Shown here: positions 17,224 through 28,231 of the stretch, in pieces | Layout of the letters: every line of letters starts with the position of its first letter | Position numbering within the stretch: the stretch's first letter is position 1 | Assembly: GCA_963796125.1 (NCBI GenBank) | Contig: CAWCKM010000047.1 | Location: forward strand, 66,299-130,298 | From: Nitrospirota bacterium | GTDB lineage: Bacteria; Nitrospirota; Thermodesulfovibrionia; Thermodesulfovibrionales; SM23-35 | Length of the DNA stretch: 64,000 bases | Direction: 5' to 3' | Position numbers and translations under genes: made by a program | The notes under the pieces: model-generated | The model's input: only the letters and a program-made list of their open reading frames with translations | What the model was told of the DNA's origin: nothing | Databases searched by the model: none

Positions 17224-18834
17224 CTATGTCCGCTTAAACATCCTTTTCAGGTCTTCAAGGGAGAAGAATATTTTAGTTGGTCTCCCATGGGGGCAGTTGT
17301 CAGGGTGAAGACATTTCTGCAGGTCAGAGAGTAACTGTTCAACCTCTTCCTGTTTCAATATTGTTTTGCCACGGACTGATTGATGACATGCAATTTTGGC
17401 AGCAAGTGCCTCTTTCAGTTCTCTATCAGGGGCAATACCCTCGATAAGACATGATGCTATATCCGCAAGGATGCCCCTTATATCAGCATCTCTCATGACC
17501 TCGGGCAGCGAACGAACAATAACTGTATTATGTCCGAAATCATCGGTCTCTATCCCGAAATCTTTCAGGATTAAGCTATTGGTGAGGATCATATGATATT
17601 CCTTGTGTGACAACTGCACCTGCTTGGGAAACAGCAGGGGATGTGAATTGAGATCTACTCCTCTGAGGAATCTCTCGTAGAGTATCCTTTCATGAGCTGC
17701 ATGCTGATCAACCAGTGTCAGACCCCCTCGCCCTGATAGGGCGATGAAAGCATCGCCGAGAGGTATGAAGGATATGGAAGACTCGTATTCGAGATCAAGC
17801 GCTTCTGATATAACGGCCGGGGAAGGGAAGCCATATGGTGCGGGATGCACAGGCTGGGGGAGAGCATCTCTGATAACGGATAACACGAAATGGTAGACAG
17901 GTTCCTTATTTTCGAATCGCACCTCACGCTTTGCTGGATGGACATTTACATCAATGATAGCGGGGTTAATCATGAGAAAGAGGAAGAAGACAGGGTGTTT
18001 TTTGGGAGGGAGTATGCCTTCATATGCATTATATACGGCATGCGTTAATGAGGGATCCCGGATCGGGCGTTTGTTGATAAAGATAAACTGATAGGTTTTG
18101 CTGTTTCTCACATTAGTCTCTTTTGAGATGAAACAATTCATTATAATGTCCGGTGTTTCCCTGCTGGTCTCGATAAGTCCTTCGAGGAATTCGTCTCCGT
18201 ATATCTGCATGACTCTCTCTCTCAGGGAAGACGCAACAGGAATGCGCATGATTTCGTGATTATCTGATACCAGGCTGAAACCGATCTCATGATGAGCGAG
18301 TGCCTGCTCTGTTACCCTGTCGATAATATGGAAGGTCTCTGTATTATGTCCTTTAAGAAATTTTTTTCGTGCAGGGGTATTGAAAAAAAGATCTCGCACC
18401 TCAACGGTTGTTCCTACGGATGGAGAGTCCTTGACTGACTTTACCTCTCCGCCGTGTATTTCTACAGAGACACCCTTGTGTGTGCCTTTAGGTGCTGTCA
18501 CGAGTTTCACCTTTGCCACTGATGTAATGGACGGGAGGGCCTCACCCCTGAACCCCATGGTCATTATATGAAAGAGGTCCTCTTCTTTGATAAGCTTGCT
18601 CGTTGCATATCGTTCACCACAGAGGAGGGCATCTTCTTTGTCCATACCGTTGCCATTGTCTGAAACCTTCATGAGACGCTTTCCGCCATAGAGAATTTCT
18701 ATCCGGATATCGGTACTTCCCGCATCAATGGAATTCTCTATTAGTTCCTTTACAACAGAGGCAGGTCTTTCGATAACCTCTCCTGCTGCAATCTTGTTTC
18801 TTAAAATAGGTGGTAGGATACGAATCTGCGACAC
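17224..18834 (-). CDS. mutL: DNA mismatch repair protein MutL
   Basis: IAAGEVIERPASVVKELIENSIDAG, DNGNGM, GFRGEAL and a C-terminal dimerisation domain. Confidence 0.95.
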   Translation of the reverse strand: MSQIRILPPILRNKIAAGEVIERPASVVKELIENSIDAGSTDIRIEILYGGKRLMKVSDNGNGMDKEDALLCGERYATSKLIKEEDLFHIMTMGFRGEALPSITSVAKVKLVTAPKGTHKGVSVEIHGGEVKSVKDSPSVGTTVEVRDLFFNTPARKKFLKGHNTETFHIIDRVTEQALAHHEIGFSLVSDNHEIMRIPVASSLRERVMQIYGDEFLEGLIETSRETPDIIMNCFISKETNVRNSKTYQFIFINKRPIRDPSLTHAVYNAYEGILPPKKHPVFFLFLMINPAIIDVNVHPAKREVRFENKEPVYHFVLSVIRDALPQPVHPAPYGFPSPAVISEALDLEYESSISFIPLGDAFIALSGRGGLTLVDQHAAHERILYERFLRGVDLNSHPLLFPKQVQLSHKEYHMILTNSLILKDFGIETDDFGHNTVIVRSLPEVMRDADIRGILADIASCLIEGIAPDRELKEALAAKIACHQSVRGKTILKQEEVEQLLSDLQKCLHPDNCPHGRPTKIFFSLEDLKRMFKRT

Positions 18835-18944
18835 CTTTCCCTCGTCTCAGACAGGATCTCTTTCAGTTCTTCTTTTTTTACTTTCTCTATCTGTGATATT
18901 CTAACATACGATAGCTTCATGGAGAGTTCCCGGAATAAGTTCTT

Positions 18945-19418
18945 TTGAGAAAACAAATGAAGAAAATGAGACCTGGTTGGGATGAATACTTCATCAATAT
19001 CGCAAAGGCAGTTTCCACAAGAGCTACCTGCCTGAGGAGAAAATATGGCGCTGTTATCACAAAAGAGAACATCATTGTAAGCACGGGTTACAACGGTGCG
19101 CCTTCCGGGATGAAGGACTGCCTTGAAGTGGGTAAATGCACGAGGAAAGAACTGCAGATTCCTCATGGTGAACGGTATGAACTCTGTCATAGCGTACACG
19201 CAGAGGCAAATGCGATTATCCGTTCCTCTGTCGGTGAACTGCAGGGGGCAACTATTTACATATCGGGCAGTGACGGAGAGAACGAGTGCCATGCTGAGCC
19301 GTGTATGATGTGTAAGAGGATGATATTGAATGCGAGGATTGCGAAGGTTGTTTACTCAGACGGCAACAGAGGCTTCGTGGTTATTGATCCCGGGAAATGG
19401 CTGAAGAAAAGGGTTTAG
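18945..19418 (+). CDS. dCMP deaminase (ComEB-like)
   Basis: RPGWDEYF...HAEANAI...PCMMCKRMI are zinc-deaminase motifs. The probable start is the ATG at ~18957. Confidence 0.85.
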   Translation: MRKQMKKMRPGWDEYFINIAKAVSTRATCLRRKYGAVITKENIIVSTGYNGAPSGMKDCLEVGKCTRKELQIPHGERYELCHSVHAEANAIIRSSVGELQGATIYISGSDGENECHAEPCMMCKRMILNARIAKVVYSDGNRGFVVIDPGKWLKKRV

Positions 19419-19424
19419 TGGCAC

Positions 19425-20418
19425 ATGAAGAATATTCTTGTGACAGGGTGTGCAGGGTTTATTGGTTGGAAAGTATCTGAAAGATTGCTTGATGCGGGGC
19501 TGAGTGTCGTTGGAGTGGACAACCTCAATGATTATTATGATCCAAGGTTGAAAGAATGGCGCCTCAACCAGTTAAGGAAGAGGCAGTCTGAAGACAGAGC
19601 AAACAAGGGTGATTTTTATTTTTTCACGGGTGATATCGCAGATTTCAACTCAGTCAGGACTGTTTTTGCAAATAATGAAATCCATGCTGTCATAAATCTT
19701 GCCGCGCGGGCCGGCGTGAGGGCATCGGTGGAAGACCCCTGGGTTTATCTCGATACCAATATAAAAGGCACTCTGAATCTTCTGGAATGCTGCAGGAAAT
19801 ATAATGTTGGGAAATTCGTTCTGGCATCAACCTCCAGTATCTATGGTAATCACGAAATCCCTTTCCGGGAGGCAGACAGGACTGACGCCCCCTTAGCGCC
19901 GTATTCTGCAACAAAAAAAGGGGCTGAGGTTCTCTGTTACAGTTACCATTATCTCTATGGCATTGACATAAGCATCCCGAGGTACTTTACTGTCTACGGA
20001 CCTGCAGGGAGACCTGACATGAGTATCTTTATCTTTATAAAAAACATCGATACGGGTATCCCTATAACTGTTTTTGGCGATGGCAGACAGCAAAGAGATT
20101 TTTCGTATATTGATGATATCGCTGACGGGACATTCAAATGTCTCCAGCCTTTCGGGTATGAAATATTTAATCTTGGCAATGACAGACCCGTTGAACTAAT
20201 GCTCTGTGATTAGCCTGATAGAGGATGCCCTCGGTAAGAAAGCAGTTAAGAAGTTTTTACCCCGTCATCCTGCTGATGTTTCTGCAACCTGGGCAGACAT
20301 TGAAAAATCAAGGGATATATTGAACTGGTATCCAAAGACTACTATAGAAGATGGCATCCAAAAGACTGTTCAGTGGTATATTGAAAACAGGGACTTCGTG
20401 AACAGTCTTAAAGGGTGA
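19425..20418 (+). pseudogene. NAD-dependent epimerase/dehydratase (UDP-glucuronate 4-epimerase-like), one frame break
   Basis: The N-terminal part has GCAGFIG and YxxxK (YSATKKG). The C-terminal 70 aa (ISLIEDALGKKA...WYPKTTIEDGI..TVQWY) are in the +1 frame. The junction is at 20200-20210. Confidence 0.85.
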
Positions 20419-20509
20419 ATGAGATGCTCAAAATCTCCTCATTTATTCCTCTGAACCCTCTGGAAGATGAACTATAAATAGTAGCCCCGAAAGCTTTCGA
20501 GGTTCTTAA

Positions 20510-20542
20510 AATCCTCTTTCTCCCCCTTTTCCAAAGGGGGAA
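20510..20542. repeat. GC-rich hairpin element (ccccctttt-cc-aaaaggggg type)
   Basis: tctccccctttt ccaaaggggg aa. Same family as 38819-38851, 45668-45702 and 47251-47294. Confidence 0.65.
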
Positions 20543-20559
20543 GTAAATGATACTTACCT

Positions 20560-21021
20560 TTATGATTTTTCAAGTTTCTCCAAGAGGTCACATATTCTCA
20601 CCTTCAGGAGCGGATGGATTTTTTCCGGTGCAATTTCACACAGGGGTTTCAGAACAAAATCTCTTTCTTGCATTAAAGGGTGGGGTATTTGTAAAGAGTG
20701 ATCTCGTAAAACGAGATTATTGAAGAGGAGGATATCAAGGTCAATAATGCGGGGGCCCCATTTGAATGTTTCTCCTCTGCCTATTTCTTTCTCTATATCC
20801 TTTAGAGTCCTGAGGAGATGATAAGGTTCAAGTTCTGTCTCCACCTCCAGCGCCATATTTATGAATTGAGGCTGATCTGTTACGCCCCACGGTTCAGTTT
20901 CATACATGGAGGACATTTTCTTGACGACGATCCCTCTCTTTTCGAGAAGCTCAATTGCACGGGAGCAGTTTTTCTGCCTGTTACCCAGATTGGAACCTAT
21001 GCCAATGTAGACAATAGCCAT
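20560..21021 (-). CDS. folK: 2-amino-4-hydroxy-6-hydroxymethyldihydropteridine diphosphokinase
   Basis: IGIGSNLGNR, ETEPWG, RIIDLDILLF, IPHP. Confidence 0.9.
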   Translation of the reverse strand: MAIVYIGIGSNLGNRQKNCSRAIELLEKRGIVVKKMSSMYETEPWGVTDQPQFINMALEVETELEPYHLLRTLKDIEKEIGRGETFKWGPRIIDLDILLFNNLVLRDHSLQIPHPLMQERDFVLKPLCEIAPEKIHPLLKVRICDLLEKLEKS

Positions 21022-21115
21022 AAGTCACTCAACCTCGCAATCTTAATAGCTTGTTACAGCTTATTTATTTCTACCATCGATCTCTCGAGGGTAACTAAGC
21101 TGGGAAGCTATGTTC

Positions 21116-21550
21116 TTATATCTGTTCTGATTCTGCTTTATTCAGAAGGATTTTCGCCTTTGCAAGTTTCTTGTAAACCGTTTTTACCTTTGCCATATTC
21201 TTTGCAACAATTGCTTTAAGCAGGTCTCCTTGCAGTTCAGCAACTTCAAGGAGTTTGTAATAATCAAGGGATTCCTTGAGATGGGCAAGCACGATTTTCC
21301 CGGTTAAGACGGGATGGTTATTTGTTACATTTGCATCCTTGAATCTTGTGCCATGTTCTAACTCTACCTCGAGCCCTCTTCTAAAATCCTCAAGATTGAT
21401 TTTCATCCCCTCTGTATTAACCTCGGCAAGAATTATACGGGCTTCTTTTGGGAGCACGTTCGCATCCCTTATTTTTGTCCAGTCACGGATTTTGAGTTCT
21501 TTACAGACTCTTCTGACTTCTTCAACAGTTATATACGCTGGAAGTTTCAT
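21116..21550 (-). CDS. Conserved hypothetical protein (GLEVELEHG motif)
   Basis: 144-aa ORF with coding-like composition. Function not recognised. Confidence 0.5.
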   Translation of the reverse strand: MKLPAYITVEEVRRVCKELKIRDWTKIRDANVLPKEARIILAEVNTEGMKINLEDFRRGLEVELEHGTRFKDANVTNNHPVLTGKIVLAHLKESLDYYKLLEVAELQGDLLKAIVAKNMAKVKTVYKKLAKAKILLNKAESEQI

Positions 21551-21610
21551 CGATTTCTCCTTTCTTGATAGTTACTAACAGTCTCATAATAGTAAAGACA
21601 TGAAGATGAT

Positions 21611-21682
21611 CCCCCTCACCCTTGCCCTCTCCCTCCAGGGGAGAGGGGATTATAGCTGGTTTCTCCCCATTGAAGGGGGGTC
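21611..21682. repeat. Double-hairpin element (ccctctccc..ggggagaggg type), copy 3
   Basis: ccctcacccttgCCCTCTCCctccaGGGGAGAGGGgattatagctggtttCTCCCCattgaaGGGGGG. Related to 41898-41983 and 43022-43109. Confidence 0.7.
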
Positions 21683-21755
21683 TGTTTTCATGCTCCTTTA
21701 TGAGCCAAGGGTTCATAGTGGTTTGATCAGTATTTGTTTTGAGTTATAAGATCCG

Positions 21756-22934
21756 TTAAAGAATGTTTTTTATTCTCTCGACAGCCTCTTGTATCCTTTT
21801 CACAGATGCTGTTAATGCAAACCTTACATAGCCTTCGCCTGCATCTCCGAAACCATTACCGGGTGTTGCAAGCACGCCTGTCCTGTTCAGAAGATGTTTC
21901 ACGAAGCCCATAGAGTCAAACTGAGAAGGTATCCTGGCCCAAAGGTAGAATGTTGCCTGAGGTTTTATCACATGCATTCCTATTTTTTTTAAGCCATTGT
22001 AAAGCGTATCTCTCCTTTCCTGGTAGGTCCTCCGTATTGTTGAGAGGATGTTTTCCCTTGTACCAAGAGCAACAATAGCTGCTTCCTGTATGGCCTGAAA
22101 GACTCCTGAATCAAGGTTTGTCTTTATCTTTCCGAGTCCTGCCAGAACTTCTCTGTTGCCGACAGCAAACCCTATCCTCCAGCCTGTCATGTTGTAAGTC
22201 TTTGAGAGTGAATGGAATTCGATGCCCACATCTTTTGCCCCGGGGACCTGCATAAAGCTCAAAGGTTTCTTGTTGAAATATATTTCGGTGTATGAGGCAT
22301 CATGGCAGACAATGAGATTGTACTTTAAAGCAGTCCGTATCACTTCCTTGTAAAATGCTATCGGAGCCATTGCCGAGGTTGGATTGTTTGGGTAGTTCAG
22401 GAAGATAAGTTTTGCTTTCCTCAATACACTCCTGGGTATTGAGTCGAGATCAGGAAGAAAGCCGTTCTTTTCTTCGAGCGGCATGGCATAACTTTCTCCA
22501 CCGGCAAACAACGTACCTACTGAATACACTGGATATCCAGGAGATGGAACGAGTACTATATCACCCGGATTGATGAAGGCTAAGGGAATATGTCCTATGC
22601 CTTCCTTCGAGCCGATTAATGAGAGGACCTCTGTCTGTGGGTCAAGTTTTACGGTAAATCTTCTCTCATACCACTTTGCAACAGCTTCCCGGTATGGAAG
22701 CATGCCCTCATATGAGGGATAGCGGTGGTGAACCGGTTTCTCAACAGCCTTTTGCATTGCCCTGACGATATGAGGCGGTGTAGGTATATCAGGGTCACCG
22801 ATACTCAGATCAATGAGGTCAATACCTGTTTCTCTCGCCTGCTGTTTCATTCTGTCTATGGATGCGAAAAGGTACGGTGGAAGATGTTTGACACGGCCGG
22901 CGAGTTCAATAGATTTATTTTTCTTCAAATCCAC
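21756..22934 (-). CDS. Class I/II aminotransferase, LL-diaminopimelate aminotransferase-like
   Basis: 392 aa; LPPYLFA..D, DLSIGDPD, NNPT, SLSKTYNMTGWRIG (PLP lysine). Confidence 0.75.
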   Translation of the reverse strand: MDLKKNKSIELAGRVKHLPPYLFASIDRMKQQARETGIDLIDLSIGDPDIPTPPHIVRAMQKAVEKPVHHRYPSYEGMLPYREAVAKWYERRFTVKLDPQTEVLSLIGSKEGIGHIPLAFINPGDIVLVPSPGYPVYSVGTLFAGGESYAMPLEEKNGFLPDLDSIPRSVLRKAKLIFLNYPNNPTSAMAPIAFYKEVIRTALKYNLIVCHDASYTEIYFNKKPLSFMQVPGAKDVGIEFHSLSKTYNMTGWRIGFAVGNREVLAGLGKIKTNLDSGVFQAIQEAAIVALGTRENILSTIRRTYQERRDTLYNGLKKIGMHVIKPQATFYLWARIPSQFDSMGFVKHLLNRTGVLATPGNGFGDAGEGYVRFALTASVKRIQEAVERIKNIL

Positions 22935-23096
22935 CTCCTGATTTTTGGTGTGATTATTATACTATATCCCAAATCCAGCTATAACATTGCGAGTGATCGA
23001 GCGCCGCACTGGAGATCGCTTCTCGTGCAATCTCCTCGAAAAGCAGACGCTCGATACTCGCAATCAGTTCATCACTGGATTTGGGTATATGGAAAC

Positions 23097-23864
23097 TCAA
23101 TACTCGATCTTTTCCAAAAAAAGGCCATGTGCTGGAGCAGTTGGCCCTGCAAGTCTTCTGTCGCGAGACTCTAAAATCTCTTCCATATGCTGAGGTGGTA
23201 TTCTTCCTCTCCCAATCTCAACAAGGGTACCTACGATGTTTCTTGCCATGTGCTTTAAAAACCCGTCCGCATCTATTCTTATTCTTATGAATTCACCTGT
23301 TATACATGCAGTCATAAAATTCATTTCCTCTAATTTTTCAATATCCAAAGAGAAGATTTCTCTTACAGGATCTTTTATGTCACTGCCGGCTCCCATGAAA
23401 GAAGAAAAATCGTACCTTCCAATAAGAATGTGCGATGCTTCCCCCATTGATTTAAAGTCAAGGAACTGTCTGACTGTCCATGCATACTTGTGGACAAATG
23501 CCGAAGGTTTCTTCTGATTTGAAATAATATAAAAATAGCTTTTTCTTCTGACATCATTTCTTGGGTGAAAGGAGTTATCAACCTCGGAGACATCAAGAAC
23601 CCTGATATCCTCAGGAAGCAGAGCATTCAATGCCTTTTTGATTGTTTCGGAATCAAGTTTTGATTCTGTCCTGAATGTTGCAACCTGTCCGAGGGCATGT
23701 ACCCCTGCATCTGTCCTGCTTGCTCCAATAACTCTCGAATGACTATCCGTTATGTTGAATATCTTCTCTTCGATGATGCCTTGCATAGTAAGTCCCTCTT
23801 TCTGTATCTGCCATCCGTGATAGGCTGTACCATCATACTCAAGGAGGAGTTTTATTTTTTTCAC
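23097..23864 (-). CDS. truA: tRNA pseudouridine(38-40) synthase TruA
   Basis: LEYDGTAYHGWQIQ, GASRTDAGVHA, and the RxFxH-type C-terminal half. Confidence 0.95.
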   Translation of the reverse strand: MKKIKLLLEYDGTAYHGWQIQKEGLTMQGIIEEKIFNITDSHSRVIGASRTDAGVHALGQVATFRTESKLDSETIKKALNALLPEDIRVLDVSEVDNSFHPRNDVRRKSYFYIISNQKKPSAFVHKYAWTVRQFLDFKSMGEASHILIGRYDFSSFMGAGSDIKDPVREIFSLDIEKLEEMNFMTACITGEFIRIRIDADGFLKHMARNIVGTLVEIGRGRIPPQHMEEILESRDRRLAGPTAPAHGLFLEKIEY

Positions 23865-23937
23865 AGTTTACGATACACCAACCTTTCCCGGTTCTTCAAC
23901 GAAGTAACTCATTCAACCTTTCTTCTGATACAATATC

Positions 23938-25025
23938 TTGAAGATGCAACCATCGATAAATCTTCATGCACTCATTACCAGCGTAAAGAGGAACTGCAAT
24001 ATCTCTGATGCAAAATACTGGGGGTTTTATTCTTTGTGCGGTTTTCTCCTGAGACTCAGAGAACTTTATCGCAGCGAGAAGGGTATGAGACCCTGGGAAA
24101 GGATCAACCAGGAGGAGATTTCCGAATGGATATCAGACAAGGGAAACACTTTGGAAGGAACTCGAAGAGAAAGACTTAGGAGGCATTATTATCAGGAGAA
24201 GAAGTCTATGGCCCTTTTGAAATCGAAAGAGTAAATGCAGTTCTGGAAAAAGAAAACCTCCTGTATGGCGCAGGCTACGGCATTCATATGAAACCCTCTT
24301 TTTTCCTTGCTGACCTTCTCTCAAAACAAACCATCGAGGACCATGATGTTTATATTGCAGGGCATGAGTATGTGAGGGACCTTGCAGTTTATCCTGCCAC
24401 ATTACAGGATGGGTCAATCTTTGCAAGGGTAGATACGACAAGGCATCTCCTCTGGGAAAAATTTGAGGAGTTGGAGATGAAAGCATCAAAAGTCTCTCTT
24501 GCATTTGCATTTTCAAGGTATGGCATAACACGTGGAGATGAACCATCAGAGGATATGTACAAACAGATGTTCCACGTTGCATTTTCTGAAGTCGAGACAT
24601 ACATCTACCATGAGATCGGTGAGGCATACGAGGAGGGAAAATTGGGCGGTGAGTGGAAAGATCTGCTTATTGATTTTGCAGGCACAAAGATTGAGGTCTT
24701 TGCCCGTGGAGTTAAAGACCTCCTTTCCGATACCTCTGAGAAGGGTATGATCAGATACATTATCGAAAATAAAAAGGAAGGGTCTCTCGGTTTCTACCTC
24801 GTGTTTCTTGGGGGCTACAGGAAGCCTCTTTTTCCTGAGATCACCAAGGCATTTGAGGGTTTTGTTGAGTCAGGGGACTGGGGACTTATTGAAGATGCCA
24901 GGAGGGCTGGTTACAAAAAGGCTTCAATTTGTGCAGAAAAGCTGCTTACTTTCAGAAGAGAAAAAAGAGATCAGTCATGGATCTCTGAATATATAGATAA
25001 GGAAATGCTGGGCAGCAAAAGTTAA
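23938..25025 (+). pseudogene. Conserved hypothetical protein split by one frame break
   Basis: ORF 23938-24234 and ORF 24288-25025 are contiguous. The downstream frame is already open and protein-like from 24180 (EALLSGEEVYGPFEIERV...) but has no start. A -1 junction lies at ~24177-24181. Confidence 0.6.
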
Positions 25026-25134
25026 AAAATAGCAGTTGTCGCATATATATTAACACCTGAAATGAGACTAATGATCGCCTACCCTTCTCCCATCCGAAGC
25101 AGATTAACTGGTTCTTATAAGGCGCTTTCTTAAA

Positions 25135-26370
25135 GTGAAAGTATTAGCTATAATAATTTCCCAGAGACGGGAGGATTTTATCAAAAGAGTACCTGACAGA
25201 AAGGGCTATTTCGGTATTTATGGCGGACGGTTTGTACCCGAGACCCTCATGCCTGCCCTCAGGGAACTTGAGGAAGCATTCTTTCAATCAAAAAAAGATA
25301 AAGAATTTCAAAAAGAACTAAGCCACCTCCAGAAAACATTCATAGGGAGACCTACCCCTCTTTACTTTGCCCGGCGCTTAACAGAATACCTTGGCGGTGC
25401 AAAAATTTACCTGAAGCGCGAGGACCTTGCACATACGGGTGCGCATAAGATAAACAATGCCCTCGGCCAGGCATTGCTTGCAAAAAAAATGGGGAAGACA
25501 AGGGTGATCGCTGAGACAGGTGCAGGCCAACATGGAGTGGCAACTGCAACAGGTGCAGCCCTCGTTGGTCTTGAGTGCGAAATTTATATGGGCACTGAGG
25601 ATGTCAAAAGGCAGGCACTGAATGTATTCAGGATGAGACTCCTTGGAGCGAAAGTCACAGAGGTGCCTGTTGGGTCACAAACATTAAAGGATGCAATTAA
25701 TGAGGCGTTACGGGATTGGACAACGAATGTCCGTACTACCCATTATGTTTTAGGTACAGTGTTTGGACCTCATCCCTTCCCTGTTATGGTCAGAGACTTT
25801 CAATCCGTTATTGGGAAAGAAGCGAAGAAGCAGATACTCGATGCCGAGGGGAGACTTCCTGATTATCTCGTTGCTTGTGTTGGCGGCGGGAGTAATGCTA
25901 TCGGACTTTTTTATGCCTTTCTGAAAGATGAAATAAGAATGATTGGCGTTGAGGCAGGAGGGGAGGGGATAGAAACGGGAAGACATGCAGCACGGTTTGC
26001 AGGCGGCTCTCTCGGGGTACTCCAGGGATGCAAAAGTTATCTCCTGCAGGACGATGACGGAAATGTCCTCGGAACCCATTCTGTTTCTGCTGGTCTTGAT
26101 TATGCATCGATCGGCCCTGAGCATCCCTATTTAAGGGACAAGGGGATTATTCAGTATACCTATGCAACTGATGATGAGGCTTTGGCAGCTTTTGAGCTTT
26201 TATCAAGGATAGAGGGTATTACACCGGCCCTTGAGTCTGCGCATGCCATTGCAGAAGTCGTGAAACGTGCACCCAGGCTTTCCAAAGAGGAGATTATCAT
26301 GGTGAATCTCTCAGGGCGGGGTGATAAAGATGTTCAGCATGTTGCAAACATAAAGGGCATTGAACTGTGA
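25135..26370 (+). CDS. trpB: Tryptophan synthase beta chain
   Basis: [33 protein letters not shown]. Confidence 0.95.
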   Translation: MKVLAIIISQRREDFIKRVPDRKGYFGIYGGRFVPETLMPALRELEEAFFQSKKDKEFQKELSHLQKTFIGRPTPLYFARRLTEYLGGAKIYLKREDLAHTGAHKINNALGQALLAKKMGKTRVIAETGAGQHGVATATGAALVGLECEIYMGTEDVKRQALNVFRMRLLGAKVTEVPVGSQTLKDAINEALRDWTTNVRTTHYVLGTVFGPHPFPVMVRDFQSVIGKEAKKQILDAEGRLPDYLVACVGGGSNAIGLFYAFLKDEIRMIGVEAGGEGIETGRHAARFAGGSLGVLQGCKSYLLQDDDGNVLGTHSVSAGLDYASIGPEHPYLRDKGIIQYTYATDDEALAAFELLSRIEGITPALESAHAIAEVVKRAPRLSKEEIIMVNLSGRGDKDVQHVANIKGIEL

Positions 26371-27146
26371 TTACAAGAATCGGAGAGACTTTCAAAAAAT
26401 TAAAGATAAAAGGGGGAAAAGCGTTTATCCCATATATCATGGCGGGGGATCCTTCCCTGGAGAGAACAAAGGATATTGTTCTTCTTTTTGAAGAGAGCGG
26501 GGCTGATATCGTTGAATTGGGTGTTCCTTTTACTGATCCACTTGCAGACGGTCCGGTAATTCAGAGGGCATCAGAAAGGGCATTGCTGGGAGGTGTCACA
26601 TTAAAAAAAGTGATAGCCTTTGTAAAAGATCTTAGACAAAGCACACAGATTCCTCTTATTCTCATGACTTATTACAACCCTGTTTTCAAATATGGTGAGG
26701 AGATGTTTGTTAAGGATGCAAAAGATGCAGGCGTTGATGGTGTTATTATCCCTGATCTTCCTCCTGATGAGGCAGGGAATTTAATCCGGTCTTCGAGAAA
26801 AGTATCTCTCGATACCATTTTCCTCCTTGCACCGACATCGACTACTGACAGGATTGAGAAAGTGGCAAAGGCATCAAAGGGTTTTATATACTATGTCCCG
26901 ATGACCGGAATAACGGGAAGCAAGCTTTTACTTGATGGTTCTCTCGAACTATTGATATCAGAAATCAGAAAATATACTGACAAGCCTGTCGCAGTTGGCT
27001 TCGGTGTTTCCACACCTGAAGAGGCATCATCAGTTGCTAAGGTATCTGATGGTGTGATCATAGGCAGCGCCATAGTCAAAAGGCTTCATGAACCGTATGA
27101 TGATCTCAGGAGATATCTTGTCAGTCTCAGAGAGGCGATATCGTGA
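26367..27146 (+). CDS. trpA: Tryptophan synthase alpha chain
   Basis: [26 protein letters not shown]. Overlaps the trpB stop. Confidence 0.95.
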   Translation: MITRIGETFKKLKIKGGKAFIPYIMAGDPSLERTKDIVLLFEESGADIVELGVPFTDPLADGPVIQRASERALLGGVTLKKVIAFVKDLRQSTQIPLILMTYYNPVFKYGEEMFVKDAKDAGVDGVIIPDLPPDEAGNLIRSSRKVSLDTIFLLAPTSTTDRIEKVAKASKGFIYYVPMTGITGSKLLLDGSLELLISEIRKYTDKPVAVGFGVSTPEEASSVAKVSDGVIIGSAIVKRLHEPYDDLRRYLVSLREAIS

Positions 27147-28213
27147 ATGGCATCCTGAAGAAGAAGCTCCAACGGCTTAACACGTTGGTAGAACTCTCCT
27201 CTCTTATTAATTCGACCCTTGACACGATGGAGATCAAGGAGCGTGCGATTGTTGCAGCTACACGGCTTCTGAATGCAGAAGCCGGCAGTCTCCTCCTTAT
27301 TGACCAGGACACAGAGGAGCTCTTCTTTGAGGTCGCTCTTGGAGAAAGAGGAGAAGAATTAAAAGAAATCAGGCTCAAAAAAGGAGAGGGGATTGCCGGA
27401 TGGGTGACAGAGAAAGGAGAGCCTTTGGTTATCCATGATGTGCAGTCAGATCACAGGTTTTCAAAATCGGTCGATCAGAAGAGCACCTTTATTACCAGGA
27501 ACATGGTATGTGTACCTCTGAAGAAAAAGGATAAGATTATAGGGGCCCTCCAGGTAATCAACAAGAGGCAGGGTTTCTTTGATGAGGAGGATAAGGATGC
27601 CCTGATAGCCCTGGCAAATCAGGTTGCCATTGCAATAGAAAATGCAACCCTCTATCAGGAACTCAAACAGGCATTCTACTACACAGCTATGGCTCTTGCA
27701 GAGGCGATAGAGATACGGGATCCTTATACAGGCGGCCATACGAAAAGGGTAATGGACTACAGCATTATGATAGGAAAGGCAATGAGACTTTCGAAGAGAG
27801 AACTTGAGAACCTTGAACTTGCAGCTATACTCCATGATGTCGGTAAGATAGGAGTGAAGGACAATATCCTTCTAAAGAAAGGCAAACTCAGCCCTGAAGA
27901 ACTTGGTGAGATGGTCAGGCATACAAAATACGGTGCTGAGATCCTCAACCATTTCAGACACCTCAGTGAGGTAGCGCTGGGAGTGAAAGGGCATCATGAA
28001 AGGTTTGACGGCACAGGATATCCTGATAAACTCTGCGGCGAAGAAATCCCGTTGATAGCCAGGATAATCGCTGTTGCGGACAGTTTTGATGCGATGACAA
28101 CGGACAGGCCTTACCGGAAAGCTATAGAAATGGAGAGGGCTTTCGAAGAGCTCAAATATAATATGGGGACGCAATTTGACAAAAATGTGGTCGAAGCGTT
28201 CATAAGGATATAG
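27143..28213 (+). CDS. GAF-domain HD-GYP phosphodiesterase
   Basis: N-terminal GAF domain (GIAGWV...) and C-terminal HD-GYP domain (HDVGK, HHERFDGTGYP). Confidence 0.85.
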   Translation: MNGILKKKLQRLNTLVELSSLINSTLDTMEIKERAIVAATRLLNAEAGSLLLIDQDTEELFFEVALGERGEELKEIRLKKGEGIAGWVTEKGEPLVIHDVQSDHRFSKSVDQKSTFITRNMVCVPLKKKDKIIGALQVINKRQGFFDEEDKDALIALANQVAIAIENATLYQELKQAFYYTAMALAEAIEIRDPYTGGHTKRVMDYSIMIGKAMRLSKRELENLELAAILHDVGKIGVKDNILLKKGKLSPEELGEMVRHTKYGAEILNHFRHLSEVALGVKGHHERFDGTGYPDKLCGEEIPLIARIIAVADSFDAMTTDRPYRKAIEMERAFEELKYNMGTQFDKNVVEAFIRI

Positions 28214-28231
28214 AAGGTTTACAGTCATTAT

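Noticed and set aside
21522-21716. Small ORFs encoded by repeat elements (21522-21716, 9652-9870, 37318-37640, 38608-39018)
   Set aside because: Their sequences are dictated by palindromic GC-rich repeats or by the duplicated ATPase gene end read in the wrong frame. They are not independent genes.
24172-24186. Programmed +1 frameshifting at rare Arg codons (Ty1-like CTT-AGG at 24175; GGG-AGG at 1245; ACT-AGG at 40655; TTC-AGA at 32851)
   Set aside because: Several breaks do sit next to AGG or AGA codons. However, the 24175 site needs -1 rather than +1, other breaks (20203, 39591, 46635, 55710, 62195) have no such codon, and no common heptamer or stimulatory structure is shared. Indel error is the simpler explanation.
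27611-27627. A sigma-54-like TGGCA-N-TTGC string
   Set aside because: It lies inside the GAF-HD-GYP coding sequence, and the GG-to-GC spacing is off by one.
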